Assembly (NCBI GenBank): GCA_030704615.1 | Contig: CM060731.1 | Coordinates: 82,956,001-83,020,000, forward strand | Source of the DNA: Takakia lepidozioides | Taxonomy: Eukaryota; Plantae; Bryophyta | DNA: 64,000 bases | Direction of reading: 5' to 3' | Shown: positions 34,496 to 46,974 of the stretch, one piece after another | Layout: each line of letters starts with the position of its first letter | Numbering within the stretch: position 1 is the first letter of the stretch | Notes under the pieces: model-generated | Seen by the model: the letters and a program-made list of their open reading frames with translations, nothing else | What the model was told of the DNA's origin: nothing | Databases searched by the model: none | Made by a program: the position numbers and the translations under genes

Positions 34496-36485
34496 AGACG
34501 ACCGGGTTCGTTTAAAGTACCCTTCTGTTTTTTGTCTCTTTGCAGCTGTTCAATCAGAGCAGATAAGTCAGATTGGTAAGGGCACCACTTGGTGTAATGT
34601 TTAGTGGACTTGTAGATCATGCATGCCACCACGGAAGTCCTGGCTTCATGACGAATGCCAACATTGGTCTTACCTTGAGGCCCAGATTTGGCAGTGACTG
34701 TAGAGTTCCAGCCTACCTCGGCTTTGAAGGCTTGGAGTTCTCTCTGGATTTCATTACGAAAAGATGACAACTCATGCACAATGGAAGGGACCAGATCTTC
34801 TGCAATACCTTTCACCCCAAGGTCCCCATCAGTATGCTCTACACAGTTACCATCACTAGCCAGATGAGTGTGTTTTGTGTTGGTAACTTTAGACAGGCCT
34901 GCCTTGGCAGCTTTGAGACGTAACCTTTCTTCAATCAATTCCACCATCTCATCTTCAGTGGTGTAAGTCTGTTTTTGCAAAAACACTTTCTCAGCAAGGG
35001 GCAAGCCCTTTACAAAACAATGTTTCAAAATAGCAGGTCTCTATGAGGCAATCAAAACTGACTTACAGATTGCAGTTCGCAAGTCAGTATAGTATTTCCA
35101 CACACTGTCGCCATAATGAAATTTTAAGTCTGGTGTGGTATAAGCTATAGGCTTTTCTTCACGAAAGAGCTTGCGAGCCAATTCTCTGGCTTCTACCCAA
35201 GTAAGATCATTTTTGTCCTTAATATTGGACTCAAACAGTTGTCTGGCCTCTCCCTAGAGACAGATCCAGAAAGACTTTACTTGGAACCGTGGGGGAACTC
35301 CATTCATTTCAGTGCTGATTTCAAAAAATTCCAAAGACTAAAAATCCTCCCCTAAGTTATACTCAGGGTATTGTTGCTTATGCATTCGCTCCCCATGATC
35401 AGTTTTCCGTGGAGTGGTATCTAGAACTTCAGTTTGTTTCAGCAACATCTTCATAAGCGGGGGGCAATTTGAAATCACCCCCATGGCTTCACACAGCTCG
35501 TCCAAATCAAATGTGGGTTGAGGCACAGTCGCCGGATCCAACTCACTTAGTCCCATCGTCTCTTTTGCTTCTCTCTCTAGCATAGATCTTATAAATACAG
35601 GCATGAAAAGAGGAGTACACGACTACCTGTCCGAAGGGGCACTGAGCTTTGAATCCCACCCAGACACATAGTGAGATGTGATGAAGCGATTCTTGTGCAG
35701 CAGGTATACTCCTTCCCCCAAGAAAGCCGACAGTTCCTCTTCACCCTTGAGCCAAAAAATCACGTGCACGATGTTGCGTACCTATTTTCCTTCACCAACA
35801 GCGTATGGGCAGGATATGCCTTGGCTGCTTCGGCCTTGTAGAGACCTACTGTTTCACGTCGAAAACACACCCCCGGAAAGATCAACACATCACTGGGACA
35901 AAAAAGGAACTTAGAGTCAGGAATACCAGTGATAAGCTCTTCCCAAGTGGATTCCCGGGTGGGGGCTGGCGGAACTCGAGGCCTTAAATTAGCAAGCAGA
36001 ATTGATGTACCTCCTTTAACCAGTTCCCACAATCATAAAGGGCTCGGCTTGTCAGGAGGCAGGAAGCTCTCAAGCTCTACACCCAATTCTCGACTCACAG
36101 AGAATTGTGGAATGCCCAAGACAGCCCAACTAAGTTTCTCACCACTCTCCAACTGCTCCTTGGCACTAGTAAGGGGAATCTGTAGAGTGACTTCCCTGGA
36201 ATGAAGCTTGAGGAGAAAACGTGCGGCGTAGGCTCCCTGAAGAGACTCGCGAATGCGCCGGCTCTGCTCCCTCTGCTCCGCTTTAGTGTGTATGGGCTTG
36301 CAAGCTTCTTTGCGTGCAGTTTCCTCAAAGGTCTTGGCCCAGAACTCTGAGGGCGTGTCCAGTGGGAGCTCAGGTCGTGGAATAGGTTCTCCCTCCGGAT
36401 AATCGACAAACACCAGCTGCTCAGGTAACAAGTTGCGTGCAAGCTCACAAATGTAGCGAGATTCCAACGCCTGGGTCTGTCTCAA
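34492..36485 (-). pseudogene. gag and upstream N-terminal extension/extra ORF of family B, disrupted
   Basis: Consecutive minus-strand frames 36033-36485, 35760-36032, 35338-35604 and 34492-35028. Degenerate knuckle CMIYKSTKHYTKWC. Confidence 0.6.
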
Positions 36486-36540
36486 GCGCGGGACCTCGAA
36501 TTGATCAAGCTCAAACCAACCACGCTCAAAACTGGAAGCA

Positions 36541-37022
36541 TGTAGTCGATAGATAGGCCTGGCAGAGAAGACGGAATCTCACGAAGAGGACGCAACTGAA
36601 TTGGACTTCCAAAACGCATTCATCCACACACTCAAGCACACCGTTACACCCAGCGTACACTCGCGTAAGACCCAAAAGCCACCACCCCCACGGCCACGGC
36701 AGTCGAGCTTAAATAGTATTAGGTCGTAATCTAATCTTAGTGCTGCGTGGCACTTACATATAGGCCAGCCAGATGCCCTTCCAGCATAGCCATAGAAAGA
36801 AGCCAGATCATCTAGATCCATCCTAATCTAATCCTAACCTAGCTTTAGAATAAGACAACACCTAATAAAGTCATCAGCTGTTGCCAGCTCATCCTCATGC
36901 GCAAGGTGTAAGTTTATCCAGACTTCATCCTGGCTCCGTCCATCCACTAAATCATCCGGGGCACATCCCTCCTCTGTTCATCCAAGTCGAAAAGGAAGGT
37001 GAGAAGGAATCCCAGCTCCACA
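36541..37022 (-). repeat. 5' LTR of family B
   Basis: 482-bp direct repeat of 29488-29970, with a TATTTAA box on the minus strand. Confidence 0.92.
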
Positions 37023-37890
37023 TGCCTTTACATGGATATTTGGTTTCAAAGGTTTATAGGTGTCTGATTTGCTCCATATGTCATCTTGAGATTCTGTGTC
37101 CTCTAGTGCTTTGGCCAACAATTTGACCCCTTTTAGTTGCAAAGAAAGTCCGTGTTTTTGGTGACTGAAATTCATCCAATATCTAATGGTGAACTTCACG
37201 GCAACGAGATCCCTTGAATGTACAGAATCTCCATTCATTAGTTGGTCATTTTCATTCAGTATTTCTATTGGTATACTTCGTTTTCATTTGTTTTTTGCCA
37301 TTTGATGTTACTAGATGTCGAGCCAGAGTTGTTCGAGTTAGTTTTTTGGATCTTTTTTGTGAAGCTCATGTTAATTCCCCCCATCCACGTCATATCTTGC
37401 CCTCTACTCCTCCAGTAGTCCAACCATTCTGTAATCCTATTTGCGTAATCGAATAAGAAATGGCTGTCTTCTATTAATATTGAAAATTTTGCCTCCTTCA
37501 GTTCTTCGGCGAAGGTAACGCATTTGTAGTTCCCGTTTTTGCCAAGCTAAGGGAATTTTGAAATACCTATGAAAATTATTATTTCCTCACGGTCCGAAGG
37601 GACGTTCCATAAGGCGCTATGGAAGTTTGAATTGGACAGCAGGCGCTTCCAAGTGTTCCCGACTTTTAGGGCATGATGAACATTGGATGTGAAACTTTCG
37701 TATATCGCATTTGTTGTCTTGGTGGGTTATTTCTTCAATTTGTTGATCTGTTTACAGTGTCTATGGTGTCGACTATTTCTGTCGTTGACATGGTTGTTTG
37801 TATATATGGTGCAGGGTAGAGAGGGTTAGAATGTACTCTTAAGACGTTGTTTGCCGCCCGTGCAGAGAGAGAGAGAGAGAGAGATTGTAC

Positions 37891-40800
37891 TCATAAGACG
37901 TTATTTGCCGTAGCCTTGTGGCCATTGACCCCGCGCCCAGTTTGAGCGGGAACAAAAGGGACAGAACCTACCTTTGTCAGGGGCTGACATTGGTAGTAAG
38001 ACTTACCTCCATATAAAGAATTAATCTGGGTTTTCCAGATATCCTCTAGAAATCCCTTCACACAAGCATCAATCTGATGTGTGTGATTTGCCCAAAAACT
38101 AGGCCTCAGGAGGGCCTGGGCTTTTGGCTCAGCCTCGAGACTTTCAAAGTTGGTAAACAGAGGTACAGGCACAATTCCCTTAATAGATTTGAAGAGAGCG
38201 TCTCTTTGGTGAGAGAACCCCGGACAGTGTATCAGAAAATGAATACTGTCTTCAGATTGCCCACACAACAGGCAATTGCACTCTCCTTTTCCTCTCTGCT
38301 TCTGTTTGATGTTCAAAGGTAGGCTTCCTGCCCTGAGTTTAAATTTCAGTCTAGTGCCGAGAGTGGGTAGACCCTTGAGGTCATCCAAGATGTCCTCCCC
38401 CATGTCACAGACTGGAAACAAGTTCAGGGAAGTTTTCTGCCTAACTTCATTTTCATCAGACAATCTCATGGCAACAGACATGGCTGAGGACACTACAACC
38501 TCTAAGTCAGATTTATCCAGCGGGGTCAAGACTTGCGGATCCAGGTCCAGGTCCTTGAGGATCTCTTCTACTCTCTTCTGCCAGGACTTAGCCTGTTTGA
38601 CAGGGCGGTCCTGTTTCCAAGATATAGAGTCGATTAACTTAGGATATCTGGTGTTGGGCATATGTTGCAGCTGACCCCACCATCTGACCTTGAATTTATC
38701 TCGTCGGGAGCTTAAGGACGGAATGCCAAACTCACCCCGAACAGCCACATTGGCTGTTTTGGAGCATGCTGACATACACTCCTTAAGCACCCCCACTTGA
38801 ATGGATTCTAGAGACTTAGCCTGGTTGGAGTTATCAACCCATATAGCAGATCCGTACTCCAAGGCAGGTCTAATAACGCGACAAAGTTTCTTAACCTCAG
38901 AGTTGACCCCTCTGCAGTGGAAAAATTTAGTGAGCCCCAGAGCTTTGCCCTTGCCAGTTTGAACAACTTTCCGGATATGTGCATCCCAATTACAATTGGA
39001 GGAGAACTCAACGCCCAGGGTAAGTGTAGGAAGGGAGGACCGAGATCTCTTGGCTACCCCACTGCCACTTAAGATCACTTCCTCCCTCTCCTCTGTCGTT
39101 GAATGCTACCACTGCACATTTGCTGACATTAGCCTCTAGCCCGCAAAGATCAAAGTATCTCTTCGCGCAATTAATCAACTCCTGGAGATTGGTTGGAGTC
39201 TCCCCTATGCCTGCGAAGTCATCCGCAAACATAAGGGCTGGTATGGTGGTATCACCCACCCTTAACCCAAATCCCTCACTTTCCACATCCTCGAGGAGTT
39301 GATTGATGAAAACATTGAAGAGCAGAGGGGAGAGAGTACATCCTTGAGCTATACCTTGGTCTATGTCAAAGAAGTTGGACTTCTGTCCGTTAACAGTGAC
39401 ACAGCTTTTGGTGTGAGCATACAAGTTGTGGACAACTCTCCACATCTTTCCCTTGATCCCACAAGACCAGAGGTGGAACCATAGGCCATCTCTCCACACT
39501 GTGTCATAAGCCTTTTTGACATCCAGGAAAAAAGACATAAGTGGGTTTCCCTTCTTTTTTCCTTCCCTGGATAATCTGGCTTAGAGTGAAGATATGATCC
39601 ACACAGCCCCTGTTTCGCCGAAAGCCAGCTTGGCCTTCGTGGAAACAACCTCTAGACTCCAGATCAACCTCGAGACGAGTACTTATAACTCTGCAGAATG
39701 TCTTGCCAACAGCATTGAGGAGCGTGATGCCACGGTAGTTCCCCGGTTCTTCTCTGTCACCCTTCTTGTATAGATTGACAATGACCCCCTGTCGCCAGCG
39801 AAAGGGGATCATTTCAGTCTTCCAGATAAGGTTAAAGAGGAGAACTAGGGCCTCTATCATGGGATCGCCACCGTGCTTGATAAGCTCGTTGACAATACCA
39901 TCAGGTCCACCAGCTTTATATCCATTTAAATGTTCAATTGCTTCCACAATCTCAGAAGAACTAATGGGAGCATTATAAGCCATTGAAATATACTCCAGTT
40001 CATCAGGGCTGTTTTGAATCATAGGAACAGTTTTTCCAACTGTGTCCCTGCATTCAGCAGAAGACCCCTCACTGTTAGACCTAGAAGTTCTGCCAAGGAT
40101 ACTGTAGTGAGTTTCAAAGGTTTTGACAATGTCAACTGATGAAGTCACCACTGCACCTTTAGTAGTCTTCAACGCTTGTACTTGCTGACCGTTTTTCGGC
40201 TTGTACAAACGTTGAAGGGCCAACCAGAATTTCTTGTCATTACCACCATGGTGGTTTGAGTTTATTTCACTGTATAACTTGTCCCAGTATAATTTCTTCT
40301 GAGACCTGACAAGCTGATTGATATCTTTACGGAGCTGGTAGTACCTCGCCCACAATTCTCTGTTGGTTTCCAAATTGCAGCACTCTTTATAGAGGGCTCG
40401 TCTCTCAGCTATCTTGAGTTTAATCTCATTAGTCCACCAATTAACTGCTCTACCGCAGACAATTAGTTTCCTCCCAATGATCTTGTTAGCCACGGAGGAA
40501 ACGAAACTCTCCCAAGAGTCCACTGCTCTTTCGACTTCATTTCTTGTGTTAACAGAGCGTGACTGAAGTTCTTGGAGCGATTGGACAAAATGAGGGAGAG
40601 CCTCTTGCAAGGCTTGGACGTACTCAGCCTTGACCTCCTCATTGTGGAATTTTTCTATGTGCCACTTCCGAATCGAACGTTTCACAGATCTCTTGGTGGT
40701 GGGAAAACACCTTTTGATCTCAGTCCAAACCAGGAAGTGGTCAGAGGTACCAATATCAGTTCTGTCGATCAACACATTGGCACACTGGGGGAACAAAATT

Positions 40801-41490
40801 TTGTCCATTATGATATAGTCCACAATGGAACGTTCCCCAGTTTGGGGTTTCTCACGAGTCCACTGCACTTGGTCACCTCTTGTCCTGTTATTCAAGGTCA
40901 AAAGCTGAAGCTCTTCTGGACAATTAATTAACCGTCTGCCATTAGAATTCAGCTCGTCCTCACCAAAAGGTCCAATGATATCGTCCTGATGGATCCCTTT
41001 GCCCACCCGGACATTGAAGTCCCCCAATAGTACCACCTGACCTTTGTCAAGGAACGAAGCACAGTCCAGCTTTACATCTTCGAAGGCCTTGTCTACGTCA
41101 GCACTAAGGGTCCCCTCTGTGTGCATGTAAACACAACCAACAAAGAGGTCCTTTGTACTCATGCCACCCTTCAAATTCAGTTTTAGCCAGATACTATGCT
41201 CGTACCTCAAACCCTTGTTGATAATTTCACAATTGTCAAACAAGAAATCACGGACAAAGAATCCGACCCCTTTTTGACCGCGTTTGGCAGAGGCTGCCTT
41301 GAGAGTACACATCTTACCTGCCCATTTACCAATGACATCTCCAACCAGTTTATCCGACGTTTCTCATGTTTCTTGCCTAGCACAGATATGAATATCATTA
41401 GTCCGAAGAACTTGTCCCACTTCAAGTTGTTTCCTTTGGTTGGTCAACCCTGAGAAGTTGAAAGTGGCCAGCCGCAAGCCAGCCCTTTGC
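37891..41490 (-). pseudogene. LINE ORF2: AP endonuclease, RT and C-terminal CCHC finger, frameshifted
   Basis: LATFNFSGL..QET, LLGDFN, IVDYII and SDHFLV (APE); YRGITLL, QGCTLSPLLF and MFADD (RT); CLLC..EDSIHFLIHC. Confidence 0.93.
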
Positions 41491-41554
41491 GTGTGAATTG
41501 TTTGTCGTCTAGGTAGCTTGTGATTGCTCCTGGACGGCCAACCGTTCTGCAAAG

Positions 41555-41975
41555 GGGGGACAGTTACCCCATGTGTAGATTTTGCTCGTCTTGTGTAAAC
41601 TTTGAGAATTGGTAAACCATTCAGGGTACCAAATCTTTCAGTTACACGACGCACAGGCTCCGCACACATAGGGGCAGATTGTCCGTCAGACTGCTTGGGG
41701 ACAATTACCCCGTGTATAGATTTTGCTCGTCTTGTGTAGACTTTGAGGATTGGTAAACCATTTAGAGTACCAAATCCTTCAGTTACACGACGTTCAGGCT
41801 CTGCACACTTAAGGGACATATTGTCCATCTGACGGCTTGGGGACAATTACCCCGTGTATAGAATTTGTTCGTCTTGTGTAAACCTTGAGGATTGGTAAAC
41901 CATTCAGAGTATCAAATCCTTCAGATTCAGGATGTTCAGGTTCCGTACACTTAGGGGCATCTTGTCCTTCTGGCT
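41555..41975 (-). repeat. About 3 tandem copies of a ~141-bp coding repeat upstream of the endonuclease
   Basis: The peptide C.EP...EGF.TLNGLPILKVYTRR..S.HGV.VP occurs three times. Confidence 0.9.
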
Positions 41976-42483
41976 GTTTGGATTCAACCTCATCCAGAGC
42001 ATCAAACTGATTAGAAACTCTCAAGTTGAAGTTGTTGCCCTTGGTTGTCTTCCTAGAGCGCCCCATTGAATCACCAATGTCTAAGACCGCTCTCCAGCCA
42101 GTCAAGGGACGAACTTCTTTGAGATTGACTTGACGCGGGACTCTATTAGAAGCACTTTTGGTCATTGCAACCTTCAACGTACCCCTGTTATCAAGTCTCG
42201 AGATGGTACCATTAGCCATGAAATCCAAGCCTAAGCTAGAGCATGTAGTTTTAAAGGACACATCGTCCATCCTGGGATTCACCCCAAAAACTACACATGA
42301 AGCCCTAGATTTGGCATAAGTAACCAATCCCCAGGGATCACCCCGAGGAGTGTTGATGTTGATAGGAGCTAAATTTTTGATTGTTTTCGCAGGCCAAGTG
42401 CCGAGTATGCTAGACAGAGCATACGACTGCCCAATTTGGGCGGAGGGGCTGCCCCCAAGCGGTAGGAGTCCGCTTGTTACCAT
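41809..42483 (-). CDS. LINE ORF1-like protein (unknown function)
   Basis: 224-aa frame upstream of APE with a VSNQFDAL motif, of the type often seen in LINE ORF1 regions. Confidence 0.5.
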   Translation of the reverse strand: MVTSGLLPLGGSPSAQIGQSYALSSILGTWPAKTIKNLAPININTPRGDPWGLVTYAKSRASCVVFGVNPRMDDVSFKTTCSSLGLDFMANGTISRLDNRGTLKVAMTKSASNRVPRQVNLKEVRPLTGWRAVLDIGDSMGRSRKTTKGNNFNLRVSNQFDALDEVESKQPEGQDAPKCTEPEHPESEGFDTLNGLPILKVYTRRTNSIHGVIVPKPSDGQYVP

Positions 42484-42704
42484 TCAGAGATCACACTCCA
42501 GGGAGTTGCAGGGAATGGCCCGTGTAGGCATATTCTAAAGAGGGAAAGGCCCCAAGCTTTCCAACTAAATCCAATGCACTACCTTACCTGAAGCAAAGCG
42601 CTTCAGGTCGAAACAAACAAGGACACGAGGTCACAAGGCTGGCATTTAGTCACAGAGACATTAATGTACTCCCGTTTCAAGTCCACCCAATGTCAATAGG
42701 CTTC

Positions 42705-42745
<41 letters not shown>

Positions 42746-43571
42746 CAGATGAAAGTATATATCGGTGAGATTTTGAACAGTTTTCCCCCTCTTTTGTGGG
42801 TCAAGAATCTTCACTATTCCGTCAAAAGTAACCTACACATCGCAACAAAAACTTGTCAACTTTGTGATAAAGACGCCAACTTGGACTTGTTAAACTGCTT
42901 GAAGTGATCCAATGCTAGAAAGGAAAAGGCAGTCATGCATTCAAAACCTATTCATCATACAAGATCCATATACCTGAGTTACCTTCTGCCATGACCGCTA
43001 CTCATATTAAGCTGTCCATAACAAAGTGAGAACTACACCCACTTGTATTGGCCCTTAGACATTATGGCTGACAAACCACCCCTCTGACTATCATTACTGC
43101 AGGCGCCCATGGCGGGGTCCTTTGCCCAAATATCTGCACTCTAAAACTGAACCTTGGTCTAACCCACACCTCAACCACAGCCTACCTCGGTGCCCTCCAC
43201 TTGACATCAGAGGACACTTTATAACATCCGCGCAATAATATCAGTCTTTATGTTTGCGGATAACTTTTGTAGGCATAACAGAGACTCTATAAACTTATCT
43301 GGAAAACTTGGATCAATTATTTAATGCAAGGTAAGTGTTACTACCGGCATCAGGTCAATGGCCACAAGGTTACCGCAAATAACGTCTTATGAGTACATTC
43401 CTCCCCTCTCTTTTGAACAGCAAATAGAAGCAGGGAGGAAAGGGGGATTGCAAATGACCGTTATGTGGGCACCTTGGAGACAATAAAAATTTCCTGATGC
43501 ATTGTCCTGGGTTATACTCTCTCCAGAGGGATGCCCACCAATCCATTAAGGGCTTTTGTGCCTGTATGACT

Positions 43572-43795
43572 AATAACAGATATCCTAAGTTCAGTGACCT
43601 TGATATCTTGGAAGCAGGATCACCCTGTCAAATAGGCTCAAACAGGCTCTGTCTTGGCGGTAGAGAGAGATTCTCAAAGATCTGAGTCTAAGTCCGCAAG
43701 TCTTGGCCCTACTGGATAAATGTGACTTAGAGGCTGTAGTGTGCAAAGCCATGTCTGTTGCCAGGAAATTGTCTGATGAAAATGGAGTTAGGCAG
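43572..43795 (+). mobile_element. Degenerate fragment of the same LINE family, opposite orientation
   Basis: Aligns by eye to the reverse complement of about 38437-38655. Confidence 0.75.
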
Positions 43796-45093
43796 GAGTT
43801 TACGTACAGTGGTGGAGCGACAGGTTTGAAAAGGTGAGGCTATCTTTATTTATAGCCATTCATTTTGATTTCTAGGGTTGCATCCCAGGTGCAGCATGTG
43901 TGCTTCTGTAGCGGAAGCAGATAGATGTCGGGTTGGACACTACCCAGAAAGACAAGGAGCTGATTTCCCTTGTTGGCATGCCCTTGAAATTATAAAAGGG
44001 AATCGAATGCCCAATGGGATGCTAGCACAATCCTTTCAAGCTGTATAGAAGACCCTTTGACAAAAGAAAATCTTTGAACTCAACACCTTGCTTCCATTTT
44101 GTCCCATAAGCTCTTTGAGCTTTCCACGGACGTTATAAAGTACTATGTCATTTCATTTCTCTTATCAGATCTCTTCTACGCTGCAACGTCTTTCTGCAAC
44201 GCCATGTTAGCAAAACCAAGATCATGGTTTTCGATGGTGGGCTCCCACAATAGAGACTGGCAAATGGGGAAACCTGCAACAGAGAAGCGCCTATGCCCAG
44301 CTTGCATAGGCGAGTTATCCTACGGACAGGCAAGCAGCAGCAGGCCTTGAGAAGACCAGGGAGTGTGCTAGAAGGTAGTCTAACGAGTTGCTTCCATCCT
44401 GCAGCACTCCACTTTCGTGCTTCACTTCTACATGCAACTGATACAAAAGCTGCTTGCAAAAGAAGGTGCAAAGCCGAGGGGAAGAATTTGCGAGTGACAT
44501 GTCAGCTCCAGATCATAGGGAGAAGAGCAGTGCAGTAGCATTATCAGCAGTCAGTGATCTGGGTTGGACCATAAACGAAGGACGCAGGGCAATTGACAAT
44601 TCCTAGAAGCCCTGGCTTATTTTCTCATTTGGGAGACGACCAGGGAAGAGCTGAAGGAGCGGTCACAATACTGAAGAACTATGGCTGGAAAACATGGCTG
44701 GGTTAAATCTGTCCAATATTATCAAACGTGGGGCCTATTTTATTCTTCTCTTAACGACTGCGATATAAAAAATACAGTCTATAACCCAGAGTTTTGACAG
44801 TCTATAATATACAAGTATAAGTGTTACTTCTCAATTTCCAGTACCTTGGTAAGTATTACACGTCTAAGTGCTGCAATCCCATTGTGACGTGTTATCCCTC
44901 CACCTATCATACATTTATTTTATTCTTGAGCATTTATAGAGGGTGGTAAATTGGCTTCTTGTCAAACCATCTGATCAAGATTCACCAGTAAAAGCCCTTC
45001 AGGGTCAATGCAGAAGCTCCAGCAACCACTAGTTGAAATAAACCAATTTAGAGAATGAGAGAGAGAGAGAGATAGTGAGAGAGAGTTACTTAC

Positions 45094-45229
45094 CACATTC
45101 AGAAGGCCAAAGTAGGCAGTGGGGCCGAAAGGATGGTGGCACACAATGAGGCTCCCCACGATGTTCATGCACTATTACTATGTCGGTAAAATCATTCCCA
45201 CAACACGATTCTACTATTTCTGATATCAC
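45094..45229 (-). pseudogene. IMP4: Orphan exon of IMP4 (U3 snoRNP Brix-domain protein), frameshifted
   Basis: VISEIVESCCGNDFTDIVIVHEHRGEP / LIVCHHPFGPTAYFGLLNV, bounded by AG...GT, with a small deletion after GEP. Confidence 0.8.
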
Positions 45230-46974
45230 CTACAAGTCGACATCCACGCCATTAACATTTGCAGCAACTAAATGAGATTTCTTTGACACATGACACCAAA
45301 ACATGAAAGTAGCCTTTTCAGATTCGATGTATCTAACTTTAAATGTTTTAAGCCATTATAGATTGCAAGCCCTCCCTTGCTAGAGCAGTGACTTTTCCAT
45401 ACCATAAGTCTAGAGTGGGTCTTGTGACCTCAGCTTCTCCTGGGGAATCTACGGGCGGGGAGCCTACCTTTGAACAATAAACAGCAAAGATGGAAAAGGA
45501 CACATTTATTGCCGCTTATGTGGGCAGCCTGAAGACAATATCCATTTCTGATATGGTATCTTGAGGCTGAGCCTCAAGCCCTGGCACGGTTGGGGTCTAA
45601 GTGCAGGGCAGCTCTCACAGCAGATTGATGCTTGTATGAAGGTCAGTTCGCTAGCAGTCTCCAAGAAACATCAGATTCCAAAAGTAAAGGCTTTCTTTAC
45701 TTGTGTGTGGCCTCACATATAATGAAGTCCTCAACACTGGAATTTGTAGCAGGTATACTGGTGTATCTCATCCATAACATATCATACAAAACGTATGAGC
45801 CATCAACTATGATTACACTTTACATCCATCAGACCAAGCTGAGGGACATCATGGTTTGCATCCTTGTGAAGACCCTAAACTCAATTTACCTGAGGAAACA
45901 GTCAGACAGACTCCCCAATACAGTCCTTGGAAAAATTTCAGTGTTGATGTATTTGATGCTACCAAGAATCCATAAAGACTGAAAAGTCTGCTATATTAGA
46001 GTAATCACTCACCTCATTGTTTTTACCCCATGTCAAGAGCTTCAGTTTTGCCACTGGAACCACCTTGATTCATTGCATTTCCCCTCATCGTCTCAACAGT
46101 GCATATGGCTATCCTTATGCTAGTAGGTGAGTTTATGCCACTCCTTGAACAGCTCCATCTGTACCTAAATTCTGCTCTGGTTTCATTATCTCCCTCTTCC
46201 CCTCCGAACAACTATGGTTATACTGCTAACTGCATGCTTAGGTCAACCCTGTACAAGATACAAGATTTCCCTCACTATGAAGTCCAAAAACAAGATTACC
46301 ATCAACTGAGTACATTAAAGACTATATACCAGGAAGCGGGACTCTTCATCCCTCACAATCGCTCTCTAAGTTCATAGCTGATTCAGTAATATAATAAAGT
46401 AATCTCCACACACTTAAGCAATGGCCCAGTGAGATATACAATAAGGTCCAACAACCGAGAAACAGGCTCAGACTCAAAACAGTTGAGTCTGGATCAAGAG
46501 GAAATGTGATGGTGCCTTCTTTGAAGGCTGTTGTTGTCTATATATTTGTGGTGTAGTCTGGAATAGACCGATCCTTTCTTGTCAAGACAAGACAAGCCCT
46601 ATCTTGTGTGTGTGTGTTGGAAGCTTACCTATGTGAGGCACATCATTCTTCAGATAAGTTTCTCGAGTTTTTCAATTGCTCAAATCACATCAGGATGTGA
46701 CTTGAACATATGAAAAGCTAGTTCTCATTTTCATAGATTCTTGTGCAATCAAAACTCACATTGGATTGGATCATCTCGGATTGGATCATCGGATTGAGTC
46801 ATAAGAGCTATGTTCAGGACCTTGTTTTGATTCCCTCCTTCCCCTAATAAGTGCACCAAGTGCTGGCACGGATATGTTAGCTCTCTTCTCTTTCCGTAAG
46901 ACCTAACCTCATGCAAACTTACCCTCATCAGCTGCATATGTGAATGCAGATTAAGAGACGTGACACATAGTTCT

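Larger units (their letters stand above)
29488..37022 (-). mobile_element. Ty3/gypsy LTR retrotransposon family B, full-length but decayed, with a dUTPase-like domain
   Basis: Two direct LTRs (TG...CA) enclose gag-PR-dUTPase-RT-RH-IN on the minus strand. No TSD is visible. Confidence 0.9.
37885..42708 (-). mobile_element. Non-LTR retrotransposon (LINE, RTEX-like tentative), near full length, flanked by (AG)n
   Basis: ORF1-like region followed by APE-RT-CCHC. (AG)n tracts at 37864-37884 and 42709-42744. Confidence 0.88.

Noticed and set aside
551-42538. Numerous 60-150 aa ORFs antisense to TE genes
   Set aside because: They are shadow frames of coding sequence or of stop-poor repeats, with no independent motifs.
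43380-45570. Weak similarity between about 43410-43500 and 45468-45560 (and 45369 vs 50109) as a defined element
   Set aside because: Too short and degenerate to define ends or a family by eye.
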